From Octopus sinensis (Eukaryota), in the NCBI RefSeq assembly GCF_006345805.1, contig NC_043000.1:126976001-127040000 (forward strand): a DNA stretch of 64,000 nt, written 5' to 3'. The notes under the pieces are model-generated. The model had not been told where the DNA came from. It searched no databases and saw only the letters and a program-made list of their open reading frames with translations. This document shows positions 24,868-40,443 of the stretch, in pieces. Every line of letters starts with the position of its first letter. Position 1 is the first letter of the stretch. Both the position numbers and the translations under genes were made by a program.

Positions 24868-25564
24868 CATGCGTGCCTGCGTGTGTGTGTGTGTGTTGTC
24901 AAAAATGTTTTAATAAATTCTCTTTCTTCAAATTAAGATGTCAGGAGGACATATCAATAGCACCAACATTTCACAAACATACAACTATTATTGTACTGAT
25001 TTTTTTCCCTCATGTATATTACCTTTCACCTAAACCAATTTAATGCACCTATATACATATATTTTCTTTTTCCCCACCAATTATGCCACAACGTCTTACC
25101 TCCCACACCTAGTACTATATACTTCATCTTTCTTCCCAGAATTGCATTTTATCAGATCTCTCTTCCCATCCCTCTAACCTTTAACTTATAATTCAAAGTG
25201 AACTTTAATTGCACTAATCTCATCCAGTTATTTCAATCAAAGAAGGCATAAAAAAGACTACAGAGATAGCTTCTTTAAAAGATATATAAATATATTTTCT
25301 TTTAATTATTTAATATTCAATTGATGCAGGCATAGCTGAATGGTTAAGAACTTTGCTTCACAATTGGGAAACCCTGGTTCAGTTCCACTTAGGCAAACAT
25401 CTTTTAACTATAACTTCAAGTCAATCTAAGACTTGTGAGTGGAATAGGGAAGGTGGAAACTGTGTTGAAGCCGATTAGATAGATTATGACTATAATTCTG
25501 TAATTCAAAGATACAGCCATGTGGTTGAGAAGGAAACTTCTTAACATACAACCATACCTGCATC

Positions 25565-25596
<32 letters not shown>

Positions 25597-26274
25597 CATA
25601 CATATATAATAATAAATGCCCAAACTAATTTCTGTGTGTCAGTGTGTCACACTTTGATCCCATTTCTCAATATTCCTCATGATGGGATGAGAGTAATAGT
25701 AGGCATAGAGATGGTGAGGGTGGTAGTAGATTGACAGTTATGATAGTAACGGGCTGATAGTAATAGTATGAGCTGTAATTGTGATAGAGGCGGAGATGAG
25801 TGTGATGATGGTGTTGGTGGTGGTAGCTGAGGCAGTCAGGGATGAAGGTGATGGTAAGCCATGTGAAAAATAGTGGTGATGGTGGTGGAGGGGAAGGCAG
25901 CAAAGTCAAAAGTATTGATGGTGGTGGCGTCAGAAGTCTGAATGGTGTGTGTATGGCTGTTGTGGTAGTACTGGTAATGGTTATAGTTGAAAACAATGAA
26001 CAGAAATGGAAAGAAAGAGAAGAGGTTAGACAGAACAAAAAAATTATACTGACCACTGAATGAGAAGACAAAAATTTTGTTTATCATGCAACTTTGCAAC
26101 AAGTTCCAAGTCAACAAATTATATTGTTTTGATAAAAATTGTTCATTGCTTGTAAAAATATTGGTCAAGATTAATAAAATATAATTTGTACTCAATGCAT
26201 GAAGTGTCATTGTTGGGCCTAAGGCCCAATGAGGAGCCCTCCACAGGAGCTATCAGGTGAGTTTTAAGCTAGTA

Positions 26275-26309
<35 letters not shown>

Positions 26310-26637
26310 ATACACACACACACATATATATATATACATACACACACACACATGCCGGTGGCATGTAAAAAGCGCCAACCAATAGTGGACACTGCCTGCC
26401 TCCCTGGCACCTGTGCTGGTGGTACGTAAAAAGCACCCACTACACTCACGGAGTGGTTTGCGTTAGGAAGGGCATCCAGCTGTAGAAATACTGCCAGATC
26501 AGACTGGAGCTTGGTGCAGCCTCCTGGTTTCCTAGACCCTGGTTGAACCACCCAACCCATGCTAGCATGAAAAACAGACATTAAACGATGATGATATACA
26601 TACACACTTGTCTTCGTCTTTGTTTTTTTGTAAATTC

Positions 26638-26676
<39 letters not shown>

Positions 26677-29600
26677 ACAATGAAATACAATTAAGATGTT
26701 TACACATATTTGTACAGTTTAATAATATTTCTTCAAAATCAACAATCTTCAAAATTTAGTTTGAGAATTAAACCTGGAATTTAATCCTCTTAATATTTGT
26801 CTTAATGAAAATAAACCATTTATTTTTTTGCCTTTATCACTGCCATAATTATAATATCATTATTATCTTAAAGAAAAAATATCCACCATGAACATCATTA
26901 GTATGATTATATATTATTTTACTGTTCAAAAGTACATATATGTTTTTTATATTTTATAGCATTAGAAGATCCACATTGATACATTTTAAACCTTAAAAGA
27001 AAAAAGGAAAAATAAAACCTAAAAAAATTAAATAAAATTAGTATAATATCTAAAAGATGGTAAAAACTGGAGCAGATGTTTCAAAGCAAATTGTTTTCAA
27101 GGAGGGTGAGAGAAAAGCAAAAATAAATGAATATATAAATTTAAACCAAATGAAATAAAGAAAAATAAATAAATCAGAATTAATAAGTTTAGAAGAAGGT
27201 GAACATCAAAAATAGATTAAGCTTGATATATAATATCAATGAGTGTTGCATATTCGGTGAGAGAGTACCAAGAATTGGTTTTCGTTTGTCTAGCTGTAAC
27301 ATTTTGCTAAGGTTACATGGTACAGAACTAAACTCCACTCACCCCACTATCAATGCTACTACCGCTACCACTACCAATGACAACAACATTCTCTCAGTTT
27401 ACTTGTGTGCTGTCATTTATGTAAGTTAGCATTACATATTCAACAGATCATTACTGTTTTATTTATCTCTACTCTAACCTTCACAGATCTTTACTGTGTG
27501 ACATCACATTGTTTACACACACTTCATAGAGAAACTCTTTGTTATGAACAAAGGTAACGGCTTATAAAACTTCTCATGCACACAACAGACACATACACCT
27601 CACTACTATAATACTTCCCTTACATGCACATGCACAAACACACACACATATGTGCGCTTGTTCATATATACATACACATATATCATTTTTTACTTCCGTT
27701 TTTTTTCCCATGTTGCCATAGGTTGAAGTGATACTTGGTTCAGGCAGTATTTTACAGCCGGATGCTCTCCCTGTTGCCAACCCTTACCATTTTTTTTCTC
27801 CCCCAAGTAAAGAGGTTTTTCATTCCACTATACTTTGAAATTGCAGAAACACAGGATGTAGGAATGTAAACAAAATGACAATTTTTTTTTTTATATATAG
27901 CTCAGGCAATCTCATTCAAAGAATTAGAACATGACAACTTTAAAGAAAGACACACATATAGGCCTACATATACAAATTTATAATATATATATATATACAT
28001 ACATACATACATACATACACAAACTCATACACACACACATACCCACAACAGCACATGGAATAAAAATCCAAACCAGAAGAGTTTATTCATAAGTAAAAAG
28101 TTTATGAACAAACTCTCCTGTTTTGGTTTTTTTCTTTTTTTTAATCTCCTCAGTGATGTTTCCCACTATGGAGACCATGAAAGGAAACTTGAACAAAAAT
28201 ACAAGTTCTTACATTTTTCTATTTTGAAGAATAAGAATAAGAGTTCTAAATGCTGGTTACATATCCCTTTCTTTTATCTTTTACTTGTTTCACTCATTAG
28301 ACTGCAGCCATGCTGGGGCACCACCTTGAAGAATTTTTAGTTGAATGAGTTTATCCCAGTACTTATTTTTTGCTAAGGCTGGCATGTATTCAATCAGTTT
28401 CTTTAGTCAAACCACTAAGTTACAAGCATGTAAAGGTTGTCAAGCAGTAGAGTGTGTGTGTGTGTGGGGGGGGAGAAACACAGCTATAAAGACACACACA
28501 TATACATATATAAAACAATGCAATCCTTGGACACATTAGGCCCTTTCAAACCATCCAACCGATGCCAGCATGGAACACTAAATGACGATGATGGTATATA
28601 TTCTATATACCAATTCCACTTGACCAACAGAATTAACTACTGAATGTGTAGTCTGAGGGACAAAACATTTGGATATTCTACAGATCTTTAATAAACTCCC
28701 CAAACAGAGCTAATGTGACAACAGTGAGGCATCAAATTACAGGAGGAGTGTATTCAATAAGTCTTGTCTCTCTCTCTTGTCTTGAAATGGCATTCATCTG
28801 GTAGCAGTTAAGCCGACTCCTATTGTAAACTCATAGTAGTTTCAAGGGGTGATCAGAGTCTGTGAAAACAGTTCCCATCTGTATTCATAAGCCTCCATAC
28901 ACGACTGGTGGCAGGTCATCTGTGTTATGCCTTCTCGTTGCAGGATGCCCACAGATATGATCCAACACAACCAAGAGGCTGCTGGATTCCAGAACAGATG
29001 CTGCCAATAATTCACCAGTTTTCTCCAGTTAGCTAGGTTGTGATTCCAGCACTGCTGGTATCAAATCTGTCTACTTTGGGTGGCCCTACCAGGGACTCAA
29101 AGTCCCCAATGGTATAGCTCTGACACGCACTTGTTTAACTTTCCCACCACAATGAGGGTTGGACTATGAGCCGTCATAGATTTTCCATCTACCCAGTTTT
29201 ACTCAGAATCCTAGTAACAATCCAAAGCTATAATAAATATCAGTATCATTGTAAATAGTGCAATGTAGTAGGATTGAAATCAGAACCTTGTGACAGAGAA
29301 GTGAACTACATAACCATTTGAACACAAGTACACACACACACATGCATAAACGCATGTACATCTTTCATCCTTTTTTTGTTTCCGTCAATGGACAGTGGCC
29401 ATACTGGGGCATCCCCTTGCAGGGGTTGGGTGAGTAAATCAACCCCAGTATTTATCATTTTTTAAGTCTGGTACTTATTCTAGCTGTCCCTTGCTGAATC
29501 GCTATGCTATGAGAACATAAACAAACCAACAAGGGTTGTCAAGGGGTGTGGGATAAGGGAAACAAACACACATATAGTGGGCTTCTGTACAGTTTCTATG

Positions 29601-30605
29601 TACCAAATTCACTCATGAGGCTTTAGTTGACTCAGGGCTATTGTGGGAAACACTTGTTCAATATGCTGCATAGTGGTACTGAACCTGAAACCACAAGTTT
29701 ACAAAGCAAGCTTCTGCTGACTTGTTAAATAAAATAATTTCCTTTGATATTTCTTACCTTTACTGTGTCATACTGTGTTTGTAGGCCAGCATCACTTACA
29801 GTAATGTCAATTTTCAGGTGTTTAGGTGACAACATCTCTTCAGCTTTGTGAAGAACAGGTTCCAGGTTCTTCACGTTATCATCAACATTCTGATATAGAT
29901 TGCTTATGTTCTGTAAACAAGAAGAAACAGGATGACAATATATATATGGGCCTTGTCAAATGTGAAGCCCATTAGCTGTTTGTTAAAGTTGCTACTACCT
30001 GAAGATTGTTAAAAAAACATGAAAGTACTTGTAATATTGTATATTGTAATATGTAATATTGTAATATTGTAAAAATACAAATACAAAATATGAAAATCCG
30101 ACTATGTTGGAAATTGATTAACATATATATCTATACACAACTTTACAAATCCTTAACAACACACACGTCATACACGCACATACATATAGGTTCATATACA
30201 TTTATTCATAGAAATACTAGCATAAATCAGCTGAAATAGGTTGAACATTATTCAACATGATAGAAATTGGAACTACATACCCTCAAGTTACACCCTACCA
30301 TATAAAATGAAGATCTCAATGAATAATATAGTTCTAGGTACACTATGTCAGAGAAAGAAAAATGGGATAGAATGGGATAGTCCTGGTTGGAATACCATTA
30401 ATAGTAGCTCTGTTCAATCACTGCCTATTTGACCAAAGAACAGCAACTAAGCATTATTTGTACACCACACCTAAGCATGCCCAGTACTTCTATTGTCTAT
30501 GAGCAACCTTGATGGTAGAATGATACCATATAAACACGATTTGGTTTAGAATATCCATTTATATATCATACTTAATATATATATATACACTTCTGATAGG
30601 CCAGT

Positions 30606-30647
<42 letters not shown>

Positions 30648-32039
30648 TACTTCTGCTAGGCAGTATTTGTCCTGAGATATCTCGTATGGATGTGTGACCT
30701 ATCATCTTTGCATATATATATATATATATACATATATATGTATATATGAATGGCACTCTGTCGGTTATGACGACATGTGTTCCAGTTGATCCAGTCAATG
30801 GAACAGCCTGCTCATGAAATTAACGAGCAAGTGGGTGAGCACTCCACAGACACATGTACCCTTAATGTAGTTCTAGGGGACATTCAGCATGACACAGAGT
30901 GTGACAAGGCTGGCCCTTTGAAATACAGGCCCAACTGAAACAGTGAGAAAGAGTAAGAGAAAATTGTGGTGAAAGAGTGCAGCAGGGTTTACCACTATCC
31001 CCTGCTGGAGCCTTGTGGAACTTTAGGTGTTTTTGCTCAATAAACGCTCACAACGCCTGGTCTGGGAATCAAGATCCTAAGACCGCGAGTTCGCTGCCCT
31101 AACCACTGGGCCATTGCGTCTCCACAAATGTATATATATATATACATATATATTCTTTTATATGTTTCAGCCTTGAGGCTGCAGTCATGCTGGGGCACCC
31201 TCAGTGTAATCACCTTTTAATTGGCCAATTCTATGGGTTTGGCTTTTGGTGAAGGAGGGAGTTCAATACTGTTGCCCTCTTTTGAGTTTTCTGCCTTGAC
31301 ATTGGTTATCTGGGATCTTAGATAGTAAGAGGTCAAGTTGTTTCGTTGTTTCTTTAAAAAATCTACTCCAACTCCATGGAGATCCCTCAGATGTTTTGGC
31401 AAGGAGTTAAATAACTGTGGACCCTTGAATCCAAATCTATTGCAGTACATGGTCCTCGCCCTAGACAAGACAGCCGGGACCAAAGATTGGTGCTAGCCCC
31501 TCTAGTATCTTCCATACATATATCACTGCATACCTCTCCCATCTTCACTCCAAGGAACAGAGTCGTAGCCCTTTCAGTCTCTCCCAGTAGCTCAGCTATT
31601 CCACTGATGCAATCTTCCTCATATTGTATCGCTGAACCACCTTAAGTTCTGCTATTATTCCTACAGTGTAGGGTGACCATAGTTGAAGGTAGTAGTCCAA
31701 TATATATTACGTATGATATATACATTTCTATGTTAATTTAATACTACCTCAGTTGCATATACAAAGTTTGATTAGTTTTAACTTCATATGTCACTTACCA
31801 TTAATATTTTATATTTTTCCTCTGCTTGATTTTTGATGGAATTCCATCTTTGATTAACACTGCTAGTGGCTTCTTTAATAGCTGATTGACAAGTTGATGA
31901 TTTTGAATTATCCAACACCTTGGCACCTTCATTAATTTTGTTGATTAGCTCATTATTCTCAGAGAGAGATTTCAGAAAATTCTACAGAGGAAGCAAAAAA
32001 CAGAAAAGATAGAATATCATTGCTATCACCATATATATA

Positions 32040-32103
<64 letters not shown>

Positions 32104-32159
32104 AATATATATATTATATATATATATACATATATATATATTTTTATATATATATATAC

Positions 32160-32208
<49 letters not shown>

Positions 32209-32247
32209 TATATATATATGTATGTATATATATATATATATATATTT

Positions 32248-32295
<48 letters not shown>

Positions 32296-32319
32296 TGTAT
32301 GTATGTATGTATGTATATA

Positions 32320-32369
<50 letters not shown>

Positions 32370-32602
32370 TTACACAAACACACACACATATATATACACA
32401 CATGCATGCATACACATATTATAAGAATGACCATTGTTCTGTTATAGTCTTTAGTCTAAGATTCATTGAATTGTCAGGAGGTTATCTGAAGACCACCTGG
32501 CTAGTACAAAACTTTTGAGTACATAATAGCGACAATGGAATAGCTATTAACTTTAATAAAAACAATATACATACATTCATAGATGATGATGATGATGATA
32601 TA

Positions 32603-32648
<46 letters not shown>

Positions 32649-33003
32649 ACACACACCCACATAAATATATATGTGGAGTTATTGATACAAATCATCCAAC
32701 AAGACATGATATTCAAAAACAAAGAAAGAAAACTCAATACAAGGAAGAATTGGATGTATAGAATTTATGTAAATGAATCCTTGACAGTTGTACAAATGTT
32801 TCAATGTTATCTAAAGCTGATGATGATGACTATGAATATGTATGAATAATGTTTTATATAATTACATACATATATATATATCATTGAGTTATGTATTTGT
32901 TAGAATACCTTTTGTGCTTTTGATTATGTCTCTCTTAGCTAGTATATCTAAATGCTTTGTATTTGTATTGCCCTTGAAGCAAATAAACAGACAATTAATA
33001 ATA

Positions 33004-33041
<38 letters not shown>

Positions 33042-33285
33042 TAATAATAATAATAATAACGATAATAATAATATTGGTTTGAAGGTCAGCTATTTTGGAG
33101 GAGGGAGCTAGTCAATAACATTGATTCCAGGGCTCAACAGGTGCTTATTCTATCAGACCCAAAAGCATGAAAGGCAAATTTGACCTTGGAAGAATTTGAA
33201 CTCAGAATGTGAAGATGGGAAAAATGCTGTTAAGCATTTCACCTGACATGCTAACGATTCTGCTAGCTCACCACCTCAACAACAT

Positions 33286-33322
<37 letters not shown>

Positions 33323-33323
33323 G

Positions 33324-33359
<36 letters not shown>

Positions 33360-34732
33360 GTAATAATAATAATGATAATGATAATAATAATAAAGTAACA
33401 AGGGCAGAGAGGGGAAACAAAATCACTAGAGCATGAGACAAAATGCTTTGCAACATTTATTTTGGGTTTTCTATTCTGAGTTCAATTTCCACCAAGATCA
33501 ACTTTGCCTTTCATTTCTCTAGAGTCAATGAAATAAAGTACCCAATCAAAGTATTGATGTCAGTGATATTGACTCTCAAGATTGCTGGCCTAGTACTTAA
33601 TCAGAAATGATTGCTATGACAAAACACTGAAGAAGCCACTGACAGAGACCAAGTGTAAGATTTTAATTTTGAACCTATGCATAATGAGTTCAAATTTTGA
33701 TGGAGTCAACTTTGTTTTTAAATTATCAAAATAATTCTCACAATATGTTAGTTTCATTTCTTCAATTTTACCTCTCCACCAGAAAATTGGAGCATATTTC
33801 AATATGGAAAAATATTCACTTCCTTTAGTTAAAACTAGTACCATAGGTATGGTACTACAACAATGACTCTAATTAGCTCAATGTAATTATTATATTCATA
33901 ACAGATTATATTTATATTATACGAACACCACAGGGAGTAGTTTATTATAGAGTTAGTCTGTAACCTAATTTCATGTCACAGTAAGAGCTATTTTACTTCA
34001 CTAAGAGCCTCTAATGCACTTTAAAAGGCCATGAATGATCCACCACTCAGCATTTCATTTTTACTTCCTCTAATATCTCAAGTGCAGGTATGGCATACTG
34101 GTTAGGATTTTGCACTCATGATCAGCAGATTGTGGTTTTGATTCCTAGACTAGCAGTGCATTGTGTTCTTGGGCAAAATACTTCATTTCACATTTCTCCA
34201 TTCCACTCTGCTGAAAATGAATTCCAGCAATATCTGGAGAGTCAACTCTGTGATAGACTAGCAACCTATTCAGGAGAAGTGTTATGAAAACTGGGTTGTT
34301 GGGCCTTATGAATCCTAGGGTTTATCACAGACCTAACTTAATATCAGTATGTCAGAAACATACAAATCCAATTATGATCAATAGACTAGAGAGGTGTTGG
34401 TTGATTCTATGTGGCTGATTTTCTGCAACACAAGATAAACTTCATGAAATATTCCAAAGATGTTGTAGGATATAAGACATCTGTAGCTGTTAATCAACGA
34501 TACTAAAAGTGTGGTCAGCCAAATACTTTTGTTCCTGTTTAATTTTATAACAATTATTTCTGTTTCTGAGGCTGTGAGATGAAAACATATTTACCAAATA
34601 AAGCTGAAGGGGACACATGAACAAAAGAGAGAAAAAAACAAATTAATGAGAAATACATGTATGAAATAGGGAACATGTATATGTTAGAAAGAAGGAAAGA
34701 GATGGCATGGATGGATAAAAGGGGATGTTTGT

Positions 34733-34800
<68 letters not shown>

Positions 34801-36923
34801 TGAAAAAAAGAGACATATTTGAAAAGGTTGAGAAAAAGAATGAAAGAGAGAAAAGATAAAGATACTGCAAGAATGTAAATCACACAGATGAGGGTAGGAC
34901 AAAGATAAAGAATGAAAAATAAGTGAAAATAATTTTAACATCAACACAAAATATCAAGGAAAAACAAAATGACTGTGCTTACGTCTGTTTGAGATATTGA
35001 CAGGGCAATTTTATTTGGATCATCAAATGATTGGTTATTTTCTAGTTCTGACCACTGAACATGGAAGTCTTGCAAGATAGTCTCAAAATCATGAAGAGAA
35101 CCCTTGAAAAAAATGAATAATAATATATAAAATATATATATAAAATTATCAGTAACAGTAGAAGGAAAAATGTGAACACAACTTGCTAGATTAGCAAGTT
35201 ATTTTGATAAATTTCAGTTGAAACTATACACAAGAAAGTTTTTAACATGTATTTTTTAGTTATTTCACTGTCCAAACATTTAAATTTCACCCAGCCAAGA
35301 CCTACAGTCTTACAAGCTTCATTGCTTTCTGTGATCTCCTCCATACTGCTATACATTTTCAGGACATGCAACAATGATATGTCCTTACACATGTCCAGCG
35401 GCAAACTTTACAAAAACTAATCAGGCTCTAATCAGGAAGATAACTAATTGTTAATGATGCTACCTTGACTTCTCCCACAGTCTGCCTTCTAGAAGCTAGT
35501 AAATCCTCTTATATATGGTTGCTGAGAATTCAGTTTGAATAGGATAGAGACCATGCTCCAAGACATCAGTAAAGTTCCCAGCATCAGTATCAATGAGAAT
35601 GAATTTTCCTATCTAGAATCAATGTTCTCTAAAAACTTGTCCCTTGCCCAGGGTACAATCGTTAGATAAGGAAAATGTTGCTGCTAAAATCCTAATCCAT
35701 TACCAGTGTACTGAATGCCCTTCTCTACAGTAACAGAAGCTGGAAAACATATATGTGCCAAGAACATCCCTTAAAAGCTTTCATTTGCAGTACATGCATT
35801 TGACGCTGGATATCTTCTGAAAAGGATAATTTGCGAGACAAGACATATTGAACATGCATGTCCTACACAGTAGGAACATGTATGTTCTTCTTGTTCCTGC
35901 TGAACATGTATATCCTAATTAGAGATCTGACCATTCTGGTCACATCTCTAATTATGTCTTATATGGAACAGCTGGCCAGTGAATTCCTGCCTACAGAGCA
36001 TCTGCTACTGCAATACAGAAATGTTTGTGAATGTGACCTAAAAATTGATAACATCAGTGCAGGCAAATGGCTAGGGAGACTTGCATGTCATTGTAGCAAT
36101 GTATCATAACTGTTAAGGAAAAATGAGGAACAAGAAGGGAAGTTACAGCAGTGTCCATTCTTCACATGTAGCTGCTGTGCCAAGCATGGTTGTTCAGAGA
36201 CTGGCTTGTTCAACCAAGGAGAAGGCTGCTTCCGAATTTTCAACTGAGTGCATCAAGTGTTTGTCCAAATGATTGACTGGCTGCTTTGTTTTGCACTGGT
36301 GTCACTGGTGTTGTCATTGTCATTGCTGTCATCATCAACATGTTCAGCTCTTGTTGCCATAGAGAAGAGCATTCTGAACATAGTATTGATCATAACAGCA
36401 AAGCTTTCCTTATCTGCCTGTTGCCCTCTGGAATGAGGTTGGAGTATTTATAGAGACTGTTGTTCCTAGACAGAAGATATCATCATCATCGTCATCATCA
36501 TCATGATCATCACCACCATCGTCAACGTCAACATCACCACCACCACCACCACCACCATCACCACCACCACCACCACCACCACTACCATCAACAATGACAA
36601 AAGATTCACATTATTGTTTTTTTTCATGCAAGCTTCACTGACTCTGTCAGAGGGCACACAGATAATTGTCTAGATCTTGTCTCTTCTTATCTGAGAGCAG
36701 TCATTTCTCTTGTACACTTTCGGTAATGCTTAACCTACCCACCTCAAGCTCCCGCATTCATTTGACACAACCACTATTTCACACACTTGTAGCTTCACAC
36801 TATTGTCAGAAATCAATATTGTTTTGGAAATGGATTTCTATGTTTAATCCAATTTGCAAGACACACAAAATATATCAAGTTATTAGATAAACAAAAATGT
36901 ACCATTTCACTTTCGACAAAAGA

Positions 36924-36954
<31 letters not shown>

Positions 36955-39900
36955 CACACCACACACAGAGTCATACATGCAAGCACACAACTAACCTGAA
37001 AGTCTTTCCATTGATCTATTTTCTCTTCAATGGTAGCTTGTCTCTTCTGGAGAGAGGATACAGCATTGCTAAGTCTTCCATTCAGACTCTGCAGGGATTG
37101 TTGCAATGTTTCTTTATCATTGCAGTCAAGGGAATCCAATAGATGTTCACTGGTATCAGTCAGTATATCCATTTCATCCTGGCAGAGACTGGCCTCTGAC
37201 AAATACTCCTGAAATAACGAAACATTCAATAGCCAAATATTGATAGGATTGTTTATGTCTGAAAATGGTTTTGATTTACTTATTCCCTTGGATAAGAATT
37301 ATCAACAGATAGGACTCATAAGTCTACATAAGTAGGACACAATGATCGACATGAATAGGACAAAATAGTTGGCAACAGTAGGATAAAATAGTCAGCATCA
37401 ATACACATTGGTAAATACATAAATATGACAAAACAATGTGCATCAGTAGGACACAAAAGCTACATGAGAAGGAAATAATAGTTTACGTGAGTAGGACAAA
37501 ATAGTCTATGTCAATATAACAAAATGGTTACCATGAAGAAGACATACTAGTCTACACTCAATACATGACAGTTTACAATTAATTGGACAAATGTTTGTTC
37601 CTTCTTGAGCCATGCCTGGCTCAATAGGGCCGGTTTCCCGGTTTCCTTGGTGCCGGTCCGTTGCAGGTGAGCTGCAAGATGCAGGAGGAAAGAGTAAGAG
37701 AAAGTTGTGGTGAAAGAGTCAGCAGAAGTTTGCCATTACCTTCTGCCAGATCTGCGTGGAGCTTAGGTGTTTTCGTTCATAACACACACATCGCCCAGTC
37801 TGAGATTCGAACCTGCGATCCCTCGACCACAAGTTCACTGCTCTAACCACTAGGTTTGTCACCCTCAATAGGAAACAATAAGTAAGATTCAAGTCAACAT
37901 TAATAAGACACAATTTCAGCTTCAACAAACACCTTTTTAAGTAAAAGGATTACAGTGCAGCCAAGTATTTCACCAGCAAGCTAAGGCACTGGTGGACTGG
38001 ATAAATAAATTACTTTCCATTCCCTGTCAAAGTCTATTTTCCTTAACTTACATCGTAAATGTTCTGCTGGTGTTGCAATATCTATTTCTTTTGCCCTTAA
38101 AATCAATCTATCTCAATATTTGCTTACAAAAAACTAATAGAAAACCATTCAACTTATTCTGTATGTGACACTATGACAAAAATATACTGAGTTACTTTTT
38201 CATAAATGGATGTGTTTTCTTTGGGAAAATTATCATCTTTGGAAAAAAAAAGAAACTTAGTAAAGTTTTAAAACAGTACAACATAATGTATCAAAACACT
38301 AATATATTATTCATGAAAGGAAGATATCCTACATTTCTGATGTGGTTTATCTCATTTTTTAACCTCATTCTTTATTCCAGTTTAGATTTCTTCATATACA
38401 GGTTTTAATGAATGATTTTACAGTTTTGGAGAATTCCATTTAAATCCTAAATATTTTGTATAACTGTATATTTTGTATAGCTGTATAACTGTATTCAACA
38501 GAATCTGTTTTATTTTGAAAGCTTCAGTGAAATTTTTATCCCAATTTTTTATCTTCCAGTATCAAAGATGTTGTATGGTTAACTATCTAATTGGAAATTG
38601 GGGAGAAAAAATACATAACCAGGACCAGAGGCAGACTGGCCAGGTTGCCAGCTTGCCAGCTTGCTCGATGGCAAGTGGGCCCCTGTGCCATTAGAATCCA
38701 TATATGGGGACCCATGTTAGTATCTAAGGGGCCCATCCCCTCAAGTTTGAGAAATTCTTATTCACTCCTAGAAGAATGCATTAATTATTTCAGCCGGGCT
38801 ATGTTTGTAGACAGTTGGAAAGAATATTTTTAATAAAAAAAAGAAAACAATTAAATAATAGCATTGTAGTTGTGGGTGGGCCCCCTTAGTCTCCTGGCAA
38901 TCAATATTTTTAGACCCACCACTGACCATGACTGCATGATTAACCCAAAGCAAGCAGAAGCTTGGTTTGGGTCACAGAATCTTGGGCAACGTTCTTTTAT
39001 TATAGTCCCAGGTTAATAAAATTGCTTTGTGATTGAATTTGGTAAGCAGAAACTGTGACAAAGTTCATTGTGTGTATGCATGCATGTGTGTGTGTGTGTG
39101 TGCATGTGTGTGTGTGTCTGTGTGAGGTGTAGGTGTATATGTGTGTGCATGTGTATGCCTTTCTATCTGCCTCTCCAGCACTTGACACACAATATTGGTT
39201 TGTTTATGTCCCTGTAACTAAATGCTTCATTACAAAGAGACTGATAGAATAAGCACCAGACTGAAATAAGTACTTTGTTTGATTTGTTAAGTTAAACACC
39301 CCAAGGCAGTGCTCCAGCATGGCCAGAGTCCAATGACTGAAACAAGTAGAAGAATAAGAGAATAAATGAGTAAAAGGAAAAGGAACAAATAAATACCTTG
39401 TGTTCTTCAAGTTGTTGATAGAGTAAGTCAGGATCAAGATCTTCAATGAAACCAGAATCCAACAATTTCTCAGCACCAGTCACCCAGTCTGTGACTTGTT
39501 TTAGAGACAACTCAAACTGATTCCGGTTAGCTTTGGCTTCAGCAAGGTATTTCTCTTTTACCTTTGCAGCATCCTAGAAATAATAACACTTTCATTATGT
39601 ATAGCTCTTTAAGACCTATTGAGTCAAGTACATCAACATCAAAATAAAAATCAACTGGAAATTGTAGTTGTGATACCTGTGCTGGTGACACATAAAAAGC
39701 ACCATCCAAACGTGGCCGATGCCAGCGCCACCTTGCCTGGCATCTGTGCAGGTGGCACATAAAAAGCACCAATTGATCGTGGACATTGCCAGCCTCCTCT
39801 GGCCCCTGTGCCGGTGGCACATAAAGAGCACCCACTACACTCATGGAGTGGTTGGCGTTAGGAAGAGCATCCAGCTGTAGAAGCACTGCCAGATCAGACT

Positions 39901-40401
39901 GGAGCCTGGTGCAGCCTCCTGGCTTCCCAGACCCCAGTCGAACTGTCCAACCCATGCTAGCATGGAAAACGGACGTTAAGCGATGATGATGATGACGATG
40001 ATGATGATGATGAATTGTGTTAATTATGAGAATCGATGGGGTTGGGGGCAGATATTAAAGAATCTACAGACATTGGGAATCACAGAGGGTATGACAGGGG
40101 GCTGAGACTCCTGGTGATTTGTTGATTGAAAAGATATGTCAAGCTAAGTAAAAGCGTGGTTGCCCTTGCATAACTGGCTCATCTCCTGCAATCCTCCCCA
40201 GCTGAGTATCCCTAATCATACGAGTTCATAGGTGTTGGTGCTATGTAAAAAGTACCCAGTACACTCTGTAAAGTGGTTGGCATTAGGAAGGGCATCTAGC
40301 TATAGAAACCATGCCAAAACACACAGGGAGCCTGAACAGCCCTTCAGCTGATCAGCTCCTGTCAAACAACCCAACCCATGCCAACATGGAAAACATGTTA
40401 A

Positions 40402-40443
<42 letters not shown>

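Noticed and set aside
28780-29150. Possible RTE 5' UTR remnant
   Set aside because: Only a vague resemblance, with no coding motif to anchor it.
33614-33844. 76-aa ORF as the missing helix-A exon
   Set aside because: No usable phase 0 splice sites; the exon at 34983-35102 fills the gap.
37300-37600. Degenerate gtaggacaaaatagt repeats
   Set aside because: Old decayed minisatellite; nothing further supportable.
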